DNA of 64,000 nt from Octopus bimaculoides (lineage: Eukaryota), in the NCBI RefSeq assembly GCF_001194135.2, contig NC_068986.1:21480529-21544528 (forward strand), given 5' to 3'. Position 1 is the first letter of the stretch. Each line of letters opens with the position of its first letter. This document shows, one piece after another, positions 10,601 to 26,100 of this stretch. The notes below the pieces were generated by a model. That model had not been told where the DNA came from and did not search any database. It saw only the letters and a list, made by a program, of their open reading frames with translations. A program made the translations under genes and the position numbers.

Positions 10601-13336
10601 GAATATATATGTCGCAGAATCTAGGAAACTGGCTTTATGAGCCTGTGGCCCAAGAAGGACCTTTTATTCTTTTTTTGATTTGACTCATAAATAAATATTA
10701 TTTATAGATCCAGAAAGGTGAAACACAAAGTTGAGCATGGAAGGATCTGAACTCAAAATAAAAGGTCAGAAAATATATATGTTGTCATAGCAATCTTTGT
10801 AAAAGATTGCTATGACAACACTCTGATGTAAAACCTGCAGTTTCACATGGGACACTCTGATGTAAAACCTGCAGTTTCATATGGAAACTGGTCATCTCGC
10901 TTTAGCCAGTCACTAGGTATTAATCATGGAGACTCAGGGATTGGTATCTGTACAAGCATTTATTACTATAATTCCAGGATGCTCAGATGTCTCTTTATAG
11001 TGACCTCATTTGTCACTCTATCTCCTGAAAGTCCCATGGCAATGAAAGAGCAGTGACTTGTACAGACCTAACCAGTTAGAAGCACAAAGTTGTTTTACTA
11101 AATGGTTCAATATTCAATATTTTAAAAATTAATTGAAACAAGGATATTGTATTTCAACAGAAGTTTGTTGACAAAAGGCTCAATACAGCATCAAAGAGGG
11201 GAAAAAAAGCAATCTGAATAGTCATCTGAGAAGTCATGGATAGAAAGTCAGAAATGCCAGTGACAGCAAGAAAACACAAGGAGATGGCAATCATCAGCAA
11301 AATTGGAGCAATCACCATATACATCATGTGTACACAAAAGTACAGTATGAATTTACTGAGATAAACTAAGTTGACCAAATCTGAAAGTAATAAAGCAATG
11401 TTGAAATGATTTAAAGATTGCTTTTTTTTTCCCTCTTTGATGCTGTATTGAGCCTTTTGTCAACAAACTTCTGTTGAAATACAATAGCCTTGTTTCAATT
11501 AATTTTTAAAATACTGAATATTGAACCATTTAGTAAAATGATTTTGTTGTTATTAAGCTGATGTTTGGAATATAAATTAACACGAAATTTTGGTGGATGG
11601 AAAGTTTTGTTAATTTAGATCACTTTAAAACAGGAAAATAGTCTCAAGTGTATTAGTGTCAAAAGTATAGCAACCAAGTACCAGCTGAAGGTCTATGAAT
11701 CATATTTAATCCCCACTTCTATGCAGTTAATAAACAAACAAATTCTGGACCCAGCTTGCCTAGGAACAAAATAAATTCGATAGCTAGATGCTGTTCACTG
11801 CTGTAGGTAGCAGGAGCACTGTATAAACTCAAATCCTCCCACAACACATACAAAAGATTGGTTTCTCAAGCATTTAGCATCTTTGTAAGCTGGACTAAGC
11901 TTCATAATACACCACTTTCTGGTGAAGGTGTAGCTTTCAGTGGGAGAGGGTCCATCCTGGCTGATGCTTGTATAGGGGTTGTACTTTCGTATTTACTGTA
12001 TAAGCATGTACATGGGGTGAGACAGGTGCAGGGAAATGGAGAGAGCAAACTCAATGGCTGCGCCAGGTGGAACATACTCTACCTACATCACTGCCCTGAG
12101 TGGCACACATTCTAGCTATGCCACTACCTTCTGGTTGGCATTAGGAAGGAATCCAGCTGTGAAAATCATACCAAAACAGACCTTGTTGGTGCATCCAGCC
12201 CACTCTGTGAAGTGGTTGGCATTAGGAAGGGCTTTGAGCTGTAAAAACCATGCCAAAACAGAAAGTGAAGTGCGGTGCAGTCCTCTGGCTTGCCAACTTT
12301 TGTAAAACTGTCCAACTCATGCCAGCATGGAAGACGGATGTTAAATGATAATGATGAAAATGATAGCTAGTTGATACACTTTCGAAAGGAAATTTGAACG
12401 CTCATATTTTAGCAGCTAGATATCCCAGCTGAATGTTCCCATTTCTATCCTCATTTCAAAACTGAGTGACCAGCAGTAGAAAGAGCATCTAATTATAAAA
12501 ATGATTTAATAATATCAAAGTGTACAAATGTACTAAGATCATACATGCATTGAAAAAACAGGTGTTAAATACATGAAGAATTGAAGAGATGTAACATCCA
12601 GAGCTTACCTTTGGGTGGGTAAATGGACAATTCATATTTTTACAAGTAGGGAAAAATTTACATTGAAGTGTTTGAGTGGGAGGCTGTCGTGTAGCAGGAG
12701 GGGCAACTGGTACGGCTGGAACTATTGAAAATAAAAACCCAAAAACTGTTCGTTAATGAGACAAAATTACACAATAGACATTTGACTCTATTATTTTAGA
12801 AACATAAAACAATACCACTTGGTTGATCTTTTTCGTCTGTCATTGCCAGCCATAGCAGCAGTTCCCCACTTGTTTTCAAGTATTTCTTTCTTTGGTGAAG
12901 AAATGCTGGTGACATGGTTTTGATCAGGGTGGATCTCAACTTTCCAGGAAAGCAACTGATGCATTGAGATCTCAAAGACATCCTCTGCAGCACGTGTGAA
13001 ATGTGACATGCAAGAACAGGCAATGAAACTGCAACGGATGCCATCAGCCAAGATATTGCTCTACCTGTGCCTTCATAGCCAGTCTGCCTGGCATTGCCAT
13101 CTTCTGCCAGTCCAGTTGTAGTGATCATAGGCCTTCATCCAATTGTTCTGCAGTTGAGGACTTTGGTTACTTTTTTCAAGGTATGTCCCTCTAGATCCAT
13201 TCAGATTACTAGGAACAGGCTTTCCTCAAGGAGATTTTAGGCAGGACAATCATGCTGCTAAATTAGAGGTTCGGGTTTTCCTCTGAACATAACAGATCAC
13301 CCTACAAGTGTAAGGACAAGCATCTGAAGAGAGCTG

Positions 13337-13381
<45 letters not shown>

Positions 13382-13533
13382 CATCATCATCGTTTAATGT
13401 CCGCTTTCCATGCTAGCATGGGTTGGACGATTTGACTGAGGACTGGTGAAACCGGATGGCAACACAAGGCTCCAATCTAATTTGGCAGAGTTTCTACAGC
13501 TGGATGCCCTTCCTAATGCCAACCACTCAGAGA

Positions 13534-13578
<45 letters not shown>

Positions 13579-16500
13579 ATCACTCAGTGAAGGATACTAT
13601 CAAATTTTACTTTTAAGATGATGTTTGCAAACCTAGATTATAAATATTCATAAGGCGGCAAACTGGCAGAATTGTTGGCACGCCAGGCAAAATGCATGGC
13701 AGCATTTCATCAATCTTTGTGTTCTGAGTTCAAATCTCACCAAAGTCAGCTTTGCCTTTCATCCTTTAAGGGTTGATGAAATACATACCAGTTGAGTACT
13801 GAGATCGATGTAACTGACTAGCCCCCTTCCCTAAAATTTCAAGCCTTGTGCCTATAATAGAAAGGTTTATAATTATTTCATTGACTAGAACTGTAGATAT
13901 TTTAAAAGACATCAGTCAGAATTTGTATCATGTTATATTTATCATTTCCTTTCATCTAGATGTAAAATCTTGGTGGTTACTTACTATTTTGATATTTATT
14001 AAAGTAAAAAGACAACAAACTTACGAGACTGCACTGCTACTGGAGGTGCTGCTGGTTTTGCATAACTGTGACTGAATGGGCAATCTGTTCTTGAACATTT
14101 GGTGTCAAATTTACATTTTGGGTGGATATAAAGACAATTCTGCCCAAATTTGCATTTAGGAAATTTACTGAAAGAGAACAGATTTTGAATATTTTGAAAG
14201 AGAAACAGAAGTTTGAATATTTTCAATAAAGAGTTAAATATTTAATCTGTCTACTTCAATTAATTGAGCTTTAGAAAATAAGTATTAATCATCATCATTT
14301 TAATATCTTTTCCATGCTCAAGTGGAAAGGCAGTCAAGACAGATTTTCTACAGCTGGATGGCCTTTCTGTTGCCAACCCTTACCTGTATACAAGTAAGGT
14401 TATATTTTCCCAAAGACCTACATGTTTTCAGGAAAAAACTGTAAAGGATGGACACCACTTGTATGATGGTGACTCATTTACAACCATAATATATAATGTT
14501 AAGACAAAGAAACACTAACACATTTACATGCATGTACATACACACACACAGACACACACATCATTTCCCATCTACCAAATACTCACAAGGATTTGGTTAG
14601 CCTAGGGCTATAGTAGAAGATACTTTCCCAAGGTGCTATCTAGTGGGACTGAACCTGAAACCATATGGTTAGAAAGAAAACTTTTTACCACACAGCCATG
14701 CCTGTGTTTTTCATATTTCGTGAAGAAAAATAGAAAAAGGCATTAAAGTTATCAGAAAAGTTATTTTGGGATCGCCTATTTGGTGTAACTAATTCTTCTT
14801 CATCGTCATTGCTGTCATCATCGCTGCTGCCATCGTCATCGTTGCTGCTGTCATCGTCATCGTCATCATCATCATTTGACGTCTGTTTTCAATCATGACA
14901 TAGGCTGGACGGTTTGACAGAAGCTGGACAGCTGGGGAGCTGTCCAAAATCCAATTGTCTGTTGTGGCATGGTTTCTGTAGCTGGATGCCCTTCCTAATG
15001 TCAACCACTTTACAGAGTGTGCTGGGTGCTTTTTATGTGCCACCAGCACGAGTATGTTTACACAGCACTGGCATGAGTGCAGTTTATGCGGCACTGGCAC
15101 CTGTAAAGGAAATGCCTGTATGTGTGAATGACAGCAATTCTACTTGGCTTGACGCATCTTTTCAAGTGCAGCAAATTGCCACAACTTCTGGTCCTTTATC
15201 ATTTCTGCACCGAGGCCCAGCATCTGAAAATCTTTTCTCACCACTTTATCTCATGTCTTCCTGGATCAACCCCTTCCACAGATTCCCTCCACAATTAGAG
15301 CTCTGACTTATTTGACATCAGATGTTTTAATGTTCTTCTTGTTGTCTCTCTCTCTCTCTCTCTTTTTCCCTTTCTGTGTATGTGTATATTTCTGCACATG
15401 CATGTGTGTGTGTATGCTGCCAGAGCCAAAAAGTACTGTTACCAAAACAGCAGTGCCAAATACTCAGCAAATACACCCAATTCTCTTATTCTGGAGACTG
15501 CTAATAAAACAGAATTAACCTGTTTTTATGTTCACTCTATGTTTACTCACTTATTTGCAACTGACATGATGTAGCATAAGGTAACCAAGTACAAAAAACA
15601 AGCTAGAAGTCATTTTTGTGAAATATGCACAATGGAAGATAAACCAACTTTTACAAGATCTTAACTCATACAAAGCATTGGAAGTTAAATAATGATTTAT
15701 TAATAGAGAAAAATGTGTATATTTCTTCTTTGATAATCTAACTTACCTGCAAGGAGATGACGGGTGATAGTATTTACAGTGTGTGCCATTCTGACAGGAA
15801 GGCCAGAACTTACATTTCTCTGTCGTCGTTTTCAAGGCTGAACTTTTAGTCTCATCTAGTTCTTCATCTACAAAAAGAAACAGACAAATTGATGAGCATA
15901 GGTTTCAGTATCTATTGGTTAGGCAACCTTTTTTTTTTTTTTCATAGCCTTATGAAGGCCTTAGCATATTGTTGCTGGCTTATCTATGTTAGTTGTAGGT
16001 GGAGTGAGAGAATCTTAACCCTCTCGTTACCAACCAGGCTGAAACCGCCTCTGGCTCTGTAGTACAAATGTCTTGTTTTCATAAGTTATGAATTGAAATC
16101 TTCCACCAAACCTTAGTCACAATTAACGTTCCTAACACTAGATTAATGATAACCAGGTTATTTTACTAAATTCTTTGTTATATTTAAGATAAATGAGAGA
16201 AAAACAGAGCATCTCAAAATATATACAGTAATGAAAGGGTTAAGAGTGGAAGACAAAATGCCTTGCAGGATCTGAGCAAATACCAGCTCTTTACATTCTG
16301 AGCTCAAAACCTGTTGAGGTACACTTTGCTTTTCAGCCTTCACAGAGTTGATAAAATAAAGTACCCATTCCCCTGTTGGAGCCTCATGGAGCTTTAGGTG
16401 TTTTCGCTCAATAAACACACACAATGCCCGGTCTGAGAATCAAAACTGCGATCCTCTGACTGCGAGTCTGCTGCCCTAACCACTGGGTCATTGCGCCTCC

Positions 16501-17468
16501 ACAAAATACATATACACACACACATATAAAACAATCATTTGTGCAGTTACACTTACTCCTGTTTTACCTCATTTAGTGATGCTAACTTGTTAGTAACAAA
16601 TATCTCAACCATGTGTGAAGTTTTCTCTCAACTTTATTGGAATATAAGAGATTAAGTTGTCCTGAGAGGGAAGAATTCTCCTTACCTTCATCTGTTGTGT
16701 CACTGATGTTGAAAGCTAAAGGTTTTATCTGTGTCATTTGATACTGCATAGATGAATTTGTTGTTTCATTCTGGTCTGTTGGCGATTGAAATGACGAGGT
16801 GCTGTTCATTTTGGGTGCATCATAGCCATCTAATGTTACAATAAATTGTGTTTTATCTTCTGTTTCTTTCCTAATAACAACAAAAGAGAAATATAAATGA
16901 AATTACAAAACTGCATCTGTATACACAAAAGACAGAATTTAATTGAATTTTTCACATTGTACAGTTAAAATAATCTCAATAGAAACCTCCAATCCTTTAG
17001 GTTTTGTTGTTTAACTCCCAAGTTAACTTTTAATAGGGCAGACATTTGATCAAATACACACTAGTTGTAATCGTTCCATCTTTATGCAAATATGTATCTA
17101 ATATTTCCTTCTTAAGATATGCTTGCATGGGTCTGACAGAATTTATTGAGACAGATTTTGTACAGCCAGATGCCCTTCCTGCTGCCAACCCTCATCTGTT
17201 CCAAGCAAGGGGATATTTCCTCCTGACGAGACATGCTTCTCGTGAAATACTGGAAATGAAGAACATTGTTTGCATGATGGTGATGCTTGTTTACAATCAT
17301 CACATGACATCAAGACAAGGGAGCACACAAATGCACACATGAGCAGTGGGACTGAACCCAAGACCATATGGCTGGTAGCAAGCTTCTTAACCATGCAATT
17401 AAATACATGCAACTCCAACAAAGTATGTTGACTGGTACTTTCTTTGGTTTGTTCAATCACTCTCTCTC

Positions 17469-17505
<37 letters not shown>

Positions 17506-19079
17506 CGTGTGTGTGTGGTTTGCCTTCATTATTCAAAATATCATAATTAGGTTTATTATTATTGAGTGAGAGAGCAGTGTGCATGCCATCAAAGTGACAC
17601 TGGGGTACAAATATACGAAGCCCAGTTTACTCATCATGGCTACCCATCTGATAAGGGTACACCAGGCACATGCATCATAACCATATGTGCACAGCATGGT
17701 GGACTCATATCAAGATTAACAGTGCATGACCTTGCAGGTGGGGCTTAGTTACAATTTTCTTCAGATTGAGAAGCACATCCCACTCAAAAGGTCCCTGAAT
17801 AAGGGTTGTTTAAGGATGTTGAATGAAACACCCATCTTTCCAGAGATGAATTATTCAAACCCCAAAGAATTCCTCTCAACACATGGCTATGATGCTCCCC
17901 TACTACTTCTGCTCATGATCAGAGATGCACATATCATCAGCGACTAAGGGACATGCTCAACTGGCTAAAGTCAAACAACTGACAAGCAAATCCGTGGTAG
18001 TGAGCAGAATATTTGCTGAGTTGAAATGCTCCCACTACCAGTTTGCCATCACCCCTTCCTCCCTTATTCATCTATAACCCCCTTCCTTTCTCATTCATAT
18101 GTTGTGACAGAGATAAACCCAAGAGTATTATTATAGTAGATGAAAGGAAATATGATTTTTACTTGTTTTTCTTCACAATTCTTGCTGGCAGTGGTGTCTC
18201 GACCAAATCCTCTTCAGGAAGATTTAACAGATTGCTACACAACTGGATGTCTTCATCAAGCTCAATTTCTGCAATGGATTCGTTATTTAGTTCTTCATTC
18301 AATTTCGCTGATTCTAAATGCTTGATCACAGCAATCCTTTGTCCAGGCTTGTTACATTCCACTTGTCTCAGTTTGTTTTGACGACCATCCAATTCTGTAA
18401 GTTAAAAATGAACAGAAGTTTATATTAAGGAAAATTCCAGAAAGACAATTATGAACATACAAATGCCATCATCATCATCACCACCATCATTTAACGTCTG
18501 TTTTCCATGTTGGCATGGGTTGGACAGTTTGATTGTACAGGTGGCACATAAAAAACACCATTTTGAGCATGGCCGTTGCCAGTACTGCCTGACTGGTCCT
18601 CGTGCCGGTGGCACGTAAAAGCATCCACTACACTCTTGGAGTGGTTGGCATTAGGAAGGGCATCCAGCTGTAGAAACTCTGCCAGATCATATGTGTGAGG
18701 AGTGCTGAAAAATTCTTGGCTTTGAGTAAAAGGAAATACAGGATCAGTTAATTATGGTTTTACTCAACATATTTCTCTCACAGATTCATACAGTACTTTT
18801 GAGTTTTTTTTGAGCCTGCTACTTATTCTATTGGTCTCTTTTGTTGAACTGCTAAGTTACAGAAACATGAACAAACCAACACTGGTTGTCAAACAATGTG
18901 GGGGGGGGGGTGCAAACATAGGAGTGGCTGTGTGGTAAGTAGCTTGCTTACCAACCACTTGGTTCTGGGTTCAGTCCCACAGCGTGGCACCTTGGGCAAG
19001 TGTCTTCTACTATAGCCTTGGGCCGACCAAAGCCTTGTGAGTGGATTTTGTAGACACAAACTGAAAGAGGCCCGTCATA

Positions 19080-19123
<44 letters not shown>

Positions 19124-19789
19124 TGTGTCTGTATATGTTTGTGTGTCTGTGTTTGTCTTTCCCCCCCCCCTCACCCCAGCATCGCTTGACAACTGATGCT
19201 GGTGTGTTTACTTCCCCATAACTTAGCGGTTTGGCTAAAGAGACCGATAGAATAAGTACTAGGCTTACAAAGAGTAAGTCCTGGGGGTCGATTTGCTCGA
19301 CTAAAGGTGGTGCTCCAGCATGGCCGCAGTCAAATGACTGAAACAAGTAAAAGAGTTACCATACAACTACACCTATATGTGTGTGTGTGTGTGTGTATGT
19401 GTCTGTCTATGTATAACATACATATACATGTGTTAATGTGTTTTCCTTGTAAGATGAGTTTGTATTTCCTTTTATTTTTTACCTTCACCTGTGTACACTG
19501 CATAGACAAATGGATTGCATTTCATACAGGTGATCTTGCAGTGAAACCATATCTGGGTTTATTACTGTAACTTGAAATGTGATATGATCTTTGTAAACAA
19601 AAGACACATGTGTTCGTTGTTTCCTCTTGTTTGTGTAACTATGCTATGTCCAGTGTATTCATTGATTGTTATCAAGACTTGTGGAATGAGTAATTGCTGA
19701 CTTGAAAAATAGGAAGAGTATCCAGCTGTAAGATAAACACTCAATAAGTTTTCATCTAACCCATGCTTAGCATGTAAAAGCAGACCTAA

Positions 19790-19827
<38 letters not shown>

Positions 19828-20116
19828 TTGTGAGCCCCGTGCCGGGAGCATGTAAAAAGCATCATCTGATCATGGTCGATGCCAGCTCCTCTGGCCCCTG
19901 TGCCGGTGGTATGTAAAAAGCAGCAACTACACTCTTGGAGTGGTTGGTGTTAGGAAGGGCAGCCAGCTGTAGAAACACTGCCGGATCAGATTGGGGACTG
20001 GTGCAGCCTCCTGGCTTCCCAAACCCCAGTCGAACTGTCCAACTCATGCCAGCATGGAAAACGGATGTTGAATGATGATGATGATGATGACGCACAATCA
20101 CATATGTATGTATATA

Positions 20117-20178
<62 letters not shown>

Positions 20179-23100
20179 GACATACATACATACAAACAAA
20201 GGGGTACTGAAAAGTTTCTGGCTTCAAGGGTATCATGAAAGGCCTGGTTGGAAACCCAAGTTTCTGAGCCCTTTTACAAGGCTTAGTAAAGCTGAAGGGC
20301 CCCTTAAGTGGGCTGGTATTAAAAGGCTGGAAAATAAAGTAAATTCAATAATTACCATCATCCTCCTCCTCTCCAAAGTTATACTGGTTGGATTCAGGAA
20401 AATCCTGTTCAGCCAGTTTGGACCTTGTAAACAGCGGTGGCTGTTTGCTTTTCATTCTCTCAGACATCTTCAACTTCTTTTCAGGAACTTCATGAAACAT
20501 AGGTTTTATCATGGCATGTTCTAAATACAAAAGAGACAAGAGGTGAGTGGGGGGATGGTTTCTTTGTAATTAAAGAGAAAAAAAATCAAGAGTTTAAATT
20601 TTAGATATATTACGAAGATGATGATGATGATGACAATGCTAATGTCAATGATGATGATGGTAGTGATGATAAAGATGCTACAGTCTGAATAGTAATGCAC
20701 TGCACAGTTTCACTGTTCTCTAAAATATCTTTTAATATTGTCTAGACAATAATTTAAGAAAACAAAAAGTAAATGCAATTAGTAAACAGATCAGGCCAAA
20801 TGTTGGGAATGTACCATTGCTGTGCATTGCTACATTCACCATTTGATGGTATATTCCTGGGTCTTCCCGAGCAACCTGTTAAGCAGAGTCCTAGCCAGTC
20901 CCCATCTCCAGAAGATAGCTCCTCACCTGCCATGACCATGTGGCATGTGATCGACCAACACAAGCCTTCAGCCTAGCTGGATCCTCAGTGAAAAGAACAC
21001 AGTAAGCAAGGTCTAGCTTGCAAAATCGAGCAACATGGCCAAATAGTCTGAGCTAGCATTCCTGAATCTTACAAGTAAAAGGACACATCCCAGATTCTGA
21101 ATAGAGGCGTTGGTTGGATATGAAATCCAACCAATGGTAACTCATAATCATGCGAAGTGTCCTGGTACCAAAGGACTTCAGGCGGCTCCTAAGGGCCGCA
21201 GACAATGCCCATGTCTCACAACTATAAAGCAGGATCAAACACCCTTGTCTACAACTGCACCAGGTTGGTAAAGTCCAGTGAGATTCATAGCAGCATTAGC
21301 TGAGGATCAGAAGTCCTGAATGAGTAAACTTTTACAAATAAATAAATAATTCTAAAATTTTGCTGTTATAAGTCTGTTCTATACTTTACCAAAATGAATA
21401 TTGATTTTTTTTTACGCAGGCATGGGGTTTCAAAGTTTTTGAAGAGAAACAGTGAATTGCTTGACGATTTACTTATTTTATCGAGCAGAGAAGGATAAAA
21501 GGTGACGCTAACAGCAGAGATCTGAATTCATAATATAAAGGGCCATAACTACGTATTGACAATATAGATAAACGTTTTCCTAAAACTTTCAAAGACCATA
21601 CACACACATACATACAGGCTTAAGTCTGTCATGAATCCTAGGACGCCTTAAGTTGGAGGTTAACACTCTCAGATTTGGGCCTCTGTGTCTAACTTTACCC
21701 TCTACTTGGGCTCCTGAGCAAAAAAAATAAATAGTTGCATATACAGCTCAAGACTAACGATAGCAGGTAAACAAATGGACAGAATCCCGAAAAAAAAGTT
21801 CAGGAGAATAACTATAATAGTCCTATCTCTCAACTAACATATTTGTTCACCCAAATCACTTCTCTCCTCATCCCTTTCACCAGTTTGATTGTCAAATCAC
21901 TCTCATTGCCTATGCGAGGGTAAACTCCTCATCTGTAGAATAAATATCAATAATTTCTTCAACTGCAAAGAGTTTAGGATTTGCTGATTTACAAAACAAA
22001 AGTGAACAACAGCTATGGGGCGACACTATTAACGAGTCATAAACACGTTTGGCTACAAAGCTGCAATGTAATCAGTTGTCTATTTTTCGATAACTGCTTC
22101 AGGAAGGGCCATCCAGCCATGCAAAATCTGCTTCAACAAACTCTGTCCAACCCATGCAAGCATGGAAAACTGGACATTAACAAACGACAATAACAATGAT
22201 ATCATCAAGATGTGTAACAGAGAAAACTGAAACATTTTGAACACTTAAGTAGAAGTAATGGCTTACAGAAAACATGAACAGAAGACATAAGGAACAGGAA
22301 AAAAAAGGGGGAAAAAGACAAGAATTACTGAGATGGATAATACAGAGAAGTGAACATATTTAAAATAAGGTGTATCTGTAAGAAGAGCACAAGGAACATT
22401 GAGATGGTGAGCCATGGTATTCAATATGATGAGGAGGATGATGATGATGGTGGTGGTGGTGGTGATGAAGAGGATGTACACATACCTGCATTTCGTTTTT
22501 CTTGTGTTGCTAACGATTTATGAGCATCTTTCACTGCTTTCAATAACAAACATTTATTAGCTTGTAGTTCTGGAGGTATACTAGACCTGAAGTAGAAATC
22601 AGGACATTTTTCGTTGAATTAAAATTTTAGTGAACAAAAAAAGACCCTCATTGATGTTGGTTCCGTACCAATTGGATACTACAATCTAAATATAGAGTTG
22701 TATTATACAATCCGTATGGAGCTAACATAAGACATCAATGGAGGTTTATAAGCCTTAAAAATCCATCCTGACACTGCCTACAGGTATAGCATAGTGGATA
22801 AAGACATTGGTTAATGCAGTGCAGTCACCTAGAGGTACTGTGTTCAATCCCAGGTAGGGCACTAATGTGAATCACAAGACACCCAAAGAAGACTGGGGTG
22901 TACAACAGCAGGAACATAGAGAAAGCAACAATGAAAATGAAGACATTAGTCTGACTAATGGAAAACAGTGTACATAATATAAATTCATATGATTTTTAAA
23001 ATGAGAATATCTGAAATAAACTCAACTGCTCTCACAAACGAGAATACTAAAAATGAACCCCGACTGCTCTCAAAAATCAAGTAAAAAAAAAACCTGGAAA

Positions 23101-26100
23101 ATAATCCAGAATCCTTGTCTGGTACCTGATTGATTGCAATGATAGTCATGGAATGTGAAGGTGGCTGTAGAAAATTTAGTAACAGTAATAAATAGTTTAT
23201 CCTTATCTAATACCAGCCAAAGTTAACAAATTCACCATTCAAAATAGTTTCAAAGGCAGAGATAATAATAATAAGTTCTATTCAAGAATTTTTAAATGAA
23301 TAGAATAAGACCTTCTGGCTTTCTCTTCTCTTAAATTTTGGCCTTCTTTTAGTATTCCTGTTGTTTTAGATCAATGTATAGATGTATATATATATATATG
23401 TAAGTATACTGTAAAGTGTTAACATGTATCTCTTTACTCTTTTACTTGTTTCAGTCATTTGACTGTGGCCATGCTGGAGCACTGCCTTTAGTCGAGCAAA
23501 TCGACCCCAGGACTTATTCTTTGTAAGCCTACTACTTATTCTATTGGTCTCTTTTGCCGAACTGCTAAGTTACGGGGATGTAAACACACCAGCATCGGTT
23601 GTCAAGTGATGTTGGGAGGACAAACACAGACACAAAAACATATACACACACACATACATACATATATATAAACATATATATGACAGGCTTCTTTCAGTTT
23701 CTGTCTACCAAATCCACTCACAAGGCTTTGGTCAGCCCGAGGCTATAGTAGAAGACACTTGCCCAAGGTGTCACACAGTGGGACTGAACCCAGAACCATG
23801 TGGTTCGTAAGCAAGCTATTTACCACACAGCCACTCCTACGCAAAAATATGTTAATGTTATTTAATTTCTGAATGGTCTTGCTGCTGTTTGTTTATGTAG
23901 TTTGATTTCTTTATCCATCAGTTTCTACTAAGATAGAAACGCGAGTAAAATTAACAATAAAGAAACAAAAATAAAACTTTGGAAAAAAAGCCTAAAGGAA
24001 GATAATTGAGAAAGACTTGAAAGTCAATGCAAGATCATTATCATGTAAAGTAAATATAGCAAGTAATCCAGAATTTTTGTACGGTACTAGATCGATCCCA
24101 AAATCTAATCAGTTTGTGTTAGTCACGAGGCCAAACATCCCTGAAAGTTTCATCCAAATCCATCTGGCAGTTCTTGAGGTATCTTATCCATGGACTAACA
24201 AACAAACAAACACGATCGCAAACAATAACTCAGCCTTCACTCAGGCAGAGGTAATAAAAAACAGAAAGTGGAAAATTAGCTTGTTCTGTGTGGTTAATCA
24301 TCATCATCATCATCGTCGTCGTTTAATGTCCGCTTTCCATACTAGCAAGTGAAGACATTGAGGCAAATGAAATCAAAATCAAAATTGCTGACGTAACCGA
24401 TGACAGTACCACCTGATTGGCACTCATGCCAGTGGAATGTTAAAAGCACATCTGAACGTGGGGTGTAACCAACCCGCTTCTGAGTATCCCTCATTCATTG
24501 GACAATGAACTTTGCTTGCGAAGACCTATTGAGGAGTGTGTAAACAAATCAAAATCGCTGAATTGGCCGATGACAGTACCGCCTGATGGGCATTTGTGCC
24601 AGTGGTAGGAGTTAGGAAGGGCATCCAACTGTAGAAACTTTGCCAGATCAGATTGAACCTGGTGCAGCTTCTGGCTCACCAGTCCTCAGTCAAACCGTCC
24701 AACCCATGCCAGCATGGAAAGCAGACATAAAACGATGATGATGATGAATGAATTTGGTTGTATAAACTTACTTTCTTTCTGTGACTCGAATGACACTAGC
24801 AACACTGCCGTAAGAAGGATTGTATGGATCATATTCTTCTTCTTCTTCACTAGAATGGTGGATTATAGAGCCAATTACTGAACCAGGAATCCGCCGTTTT
24901 CTGTTTTGCTGAAAAACACAGATTAATATATTATATACAAATGAATAGAAACGGAAGCAAAGCAATACATATTAATCCAACAGCTGAATTTTTCTTTGAT
25001 CATTTTATTCTTGTATTCAGTCATTGAACTGTGGCTATGTTAAGGCATAACAAATTAATTCTAGCACTTATTTTTCAAAATTTGGTACTTATTCTATTGG
25101 CATTTTTTTTTCTGAACTTGGTTCAGTGGTTTTCTAAAAGTAATTAACATTCAAAGGGTTAATGAATACACAAATAACTTACCCTGGCAAGCTGTAATTG
25201 TTGTTGTTCTTTAGATATGATAGGATGAGTGATGACTTTTGGTATTTGACTCTTATGAGAGTTTGAAATAAGGTCCATTTGCAATCGAGATGTTATTGGC
25301 TTACTTTTGGGGAAAACATAAGCAGCAGACTGAGAGGAAATTGTATTTTCATTAGAAATGGAAGATTGAGTCTGTGAAGTAATATTATTAGATGCAGAGT
25401 TCAAGTAAAACATGGATGGCTGCACACGAGAGGTAATTTTTGTGGTTGTGGTAGAAATGGAAGGTGCAGTCTTTAAGTCTGAATTTACTTTATTAATTTT
25501 GTCACATGTTGTTGTTAAGGTTTTAGTGATGTCTGATTTCTCTGTAGCATTTAGTGTGTTGATTTCTTCTTGTTCTTCATTAAATTCATCTGAAATAAAA
25601 AGAAAGGAAATGCAGTCCAAATTAGTTTAGATAAATATCCAGTGTTTATAAACAGGAGCAGGCATGGCTGTATGGTCAAGAAGTTTGCTTCTCAACCACA
25701 AGGTTCTGGGTTCAGTCTCAATGTGTGGCACTGTGAGTAAATGACTTCTACTGTAACCCCAAACCAAACCAATGCTCTGTGAGTGGGTTTGGTAAACAGA
25801 AACAGAAGGAAGCCTGCCATATATCTACTACATATGTGGGAAATTCTGTCTGTGGGTGTGTTTGTGGAGTTGTTAGCTAACTCCTCTTACATCATTTTAT
25901 CAATTTTGATGAAATTTGACACATGAGTACAACTAATGTCTGGAAACCTCATGGCATACTCAGATTGTGTGGAGGCACAATGGCCCAGTGGTTAGGGCAG
26001 CGGACTCGCGGTCATAGGATCGCGGTTTCGATTCCCAGACCGGGCGTTATGAGTGTTTATTGAGCGAAAACACCTAAAGCTCCACGAGGCTCCGGCAGGG

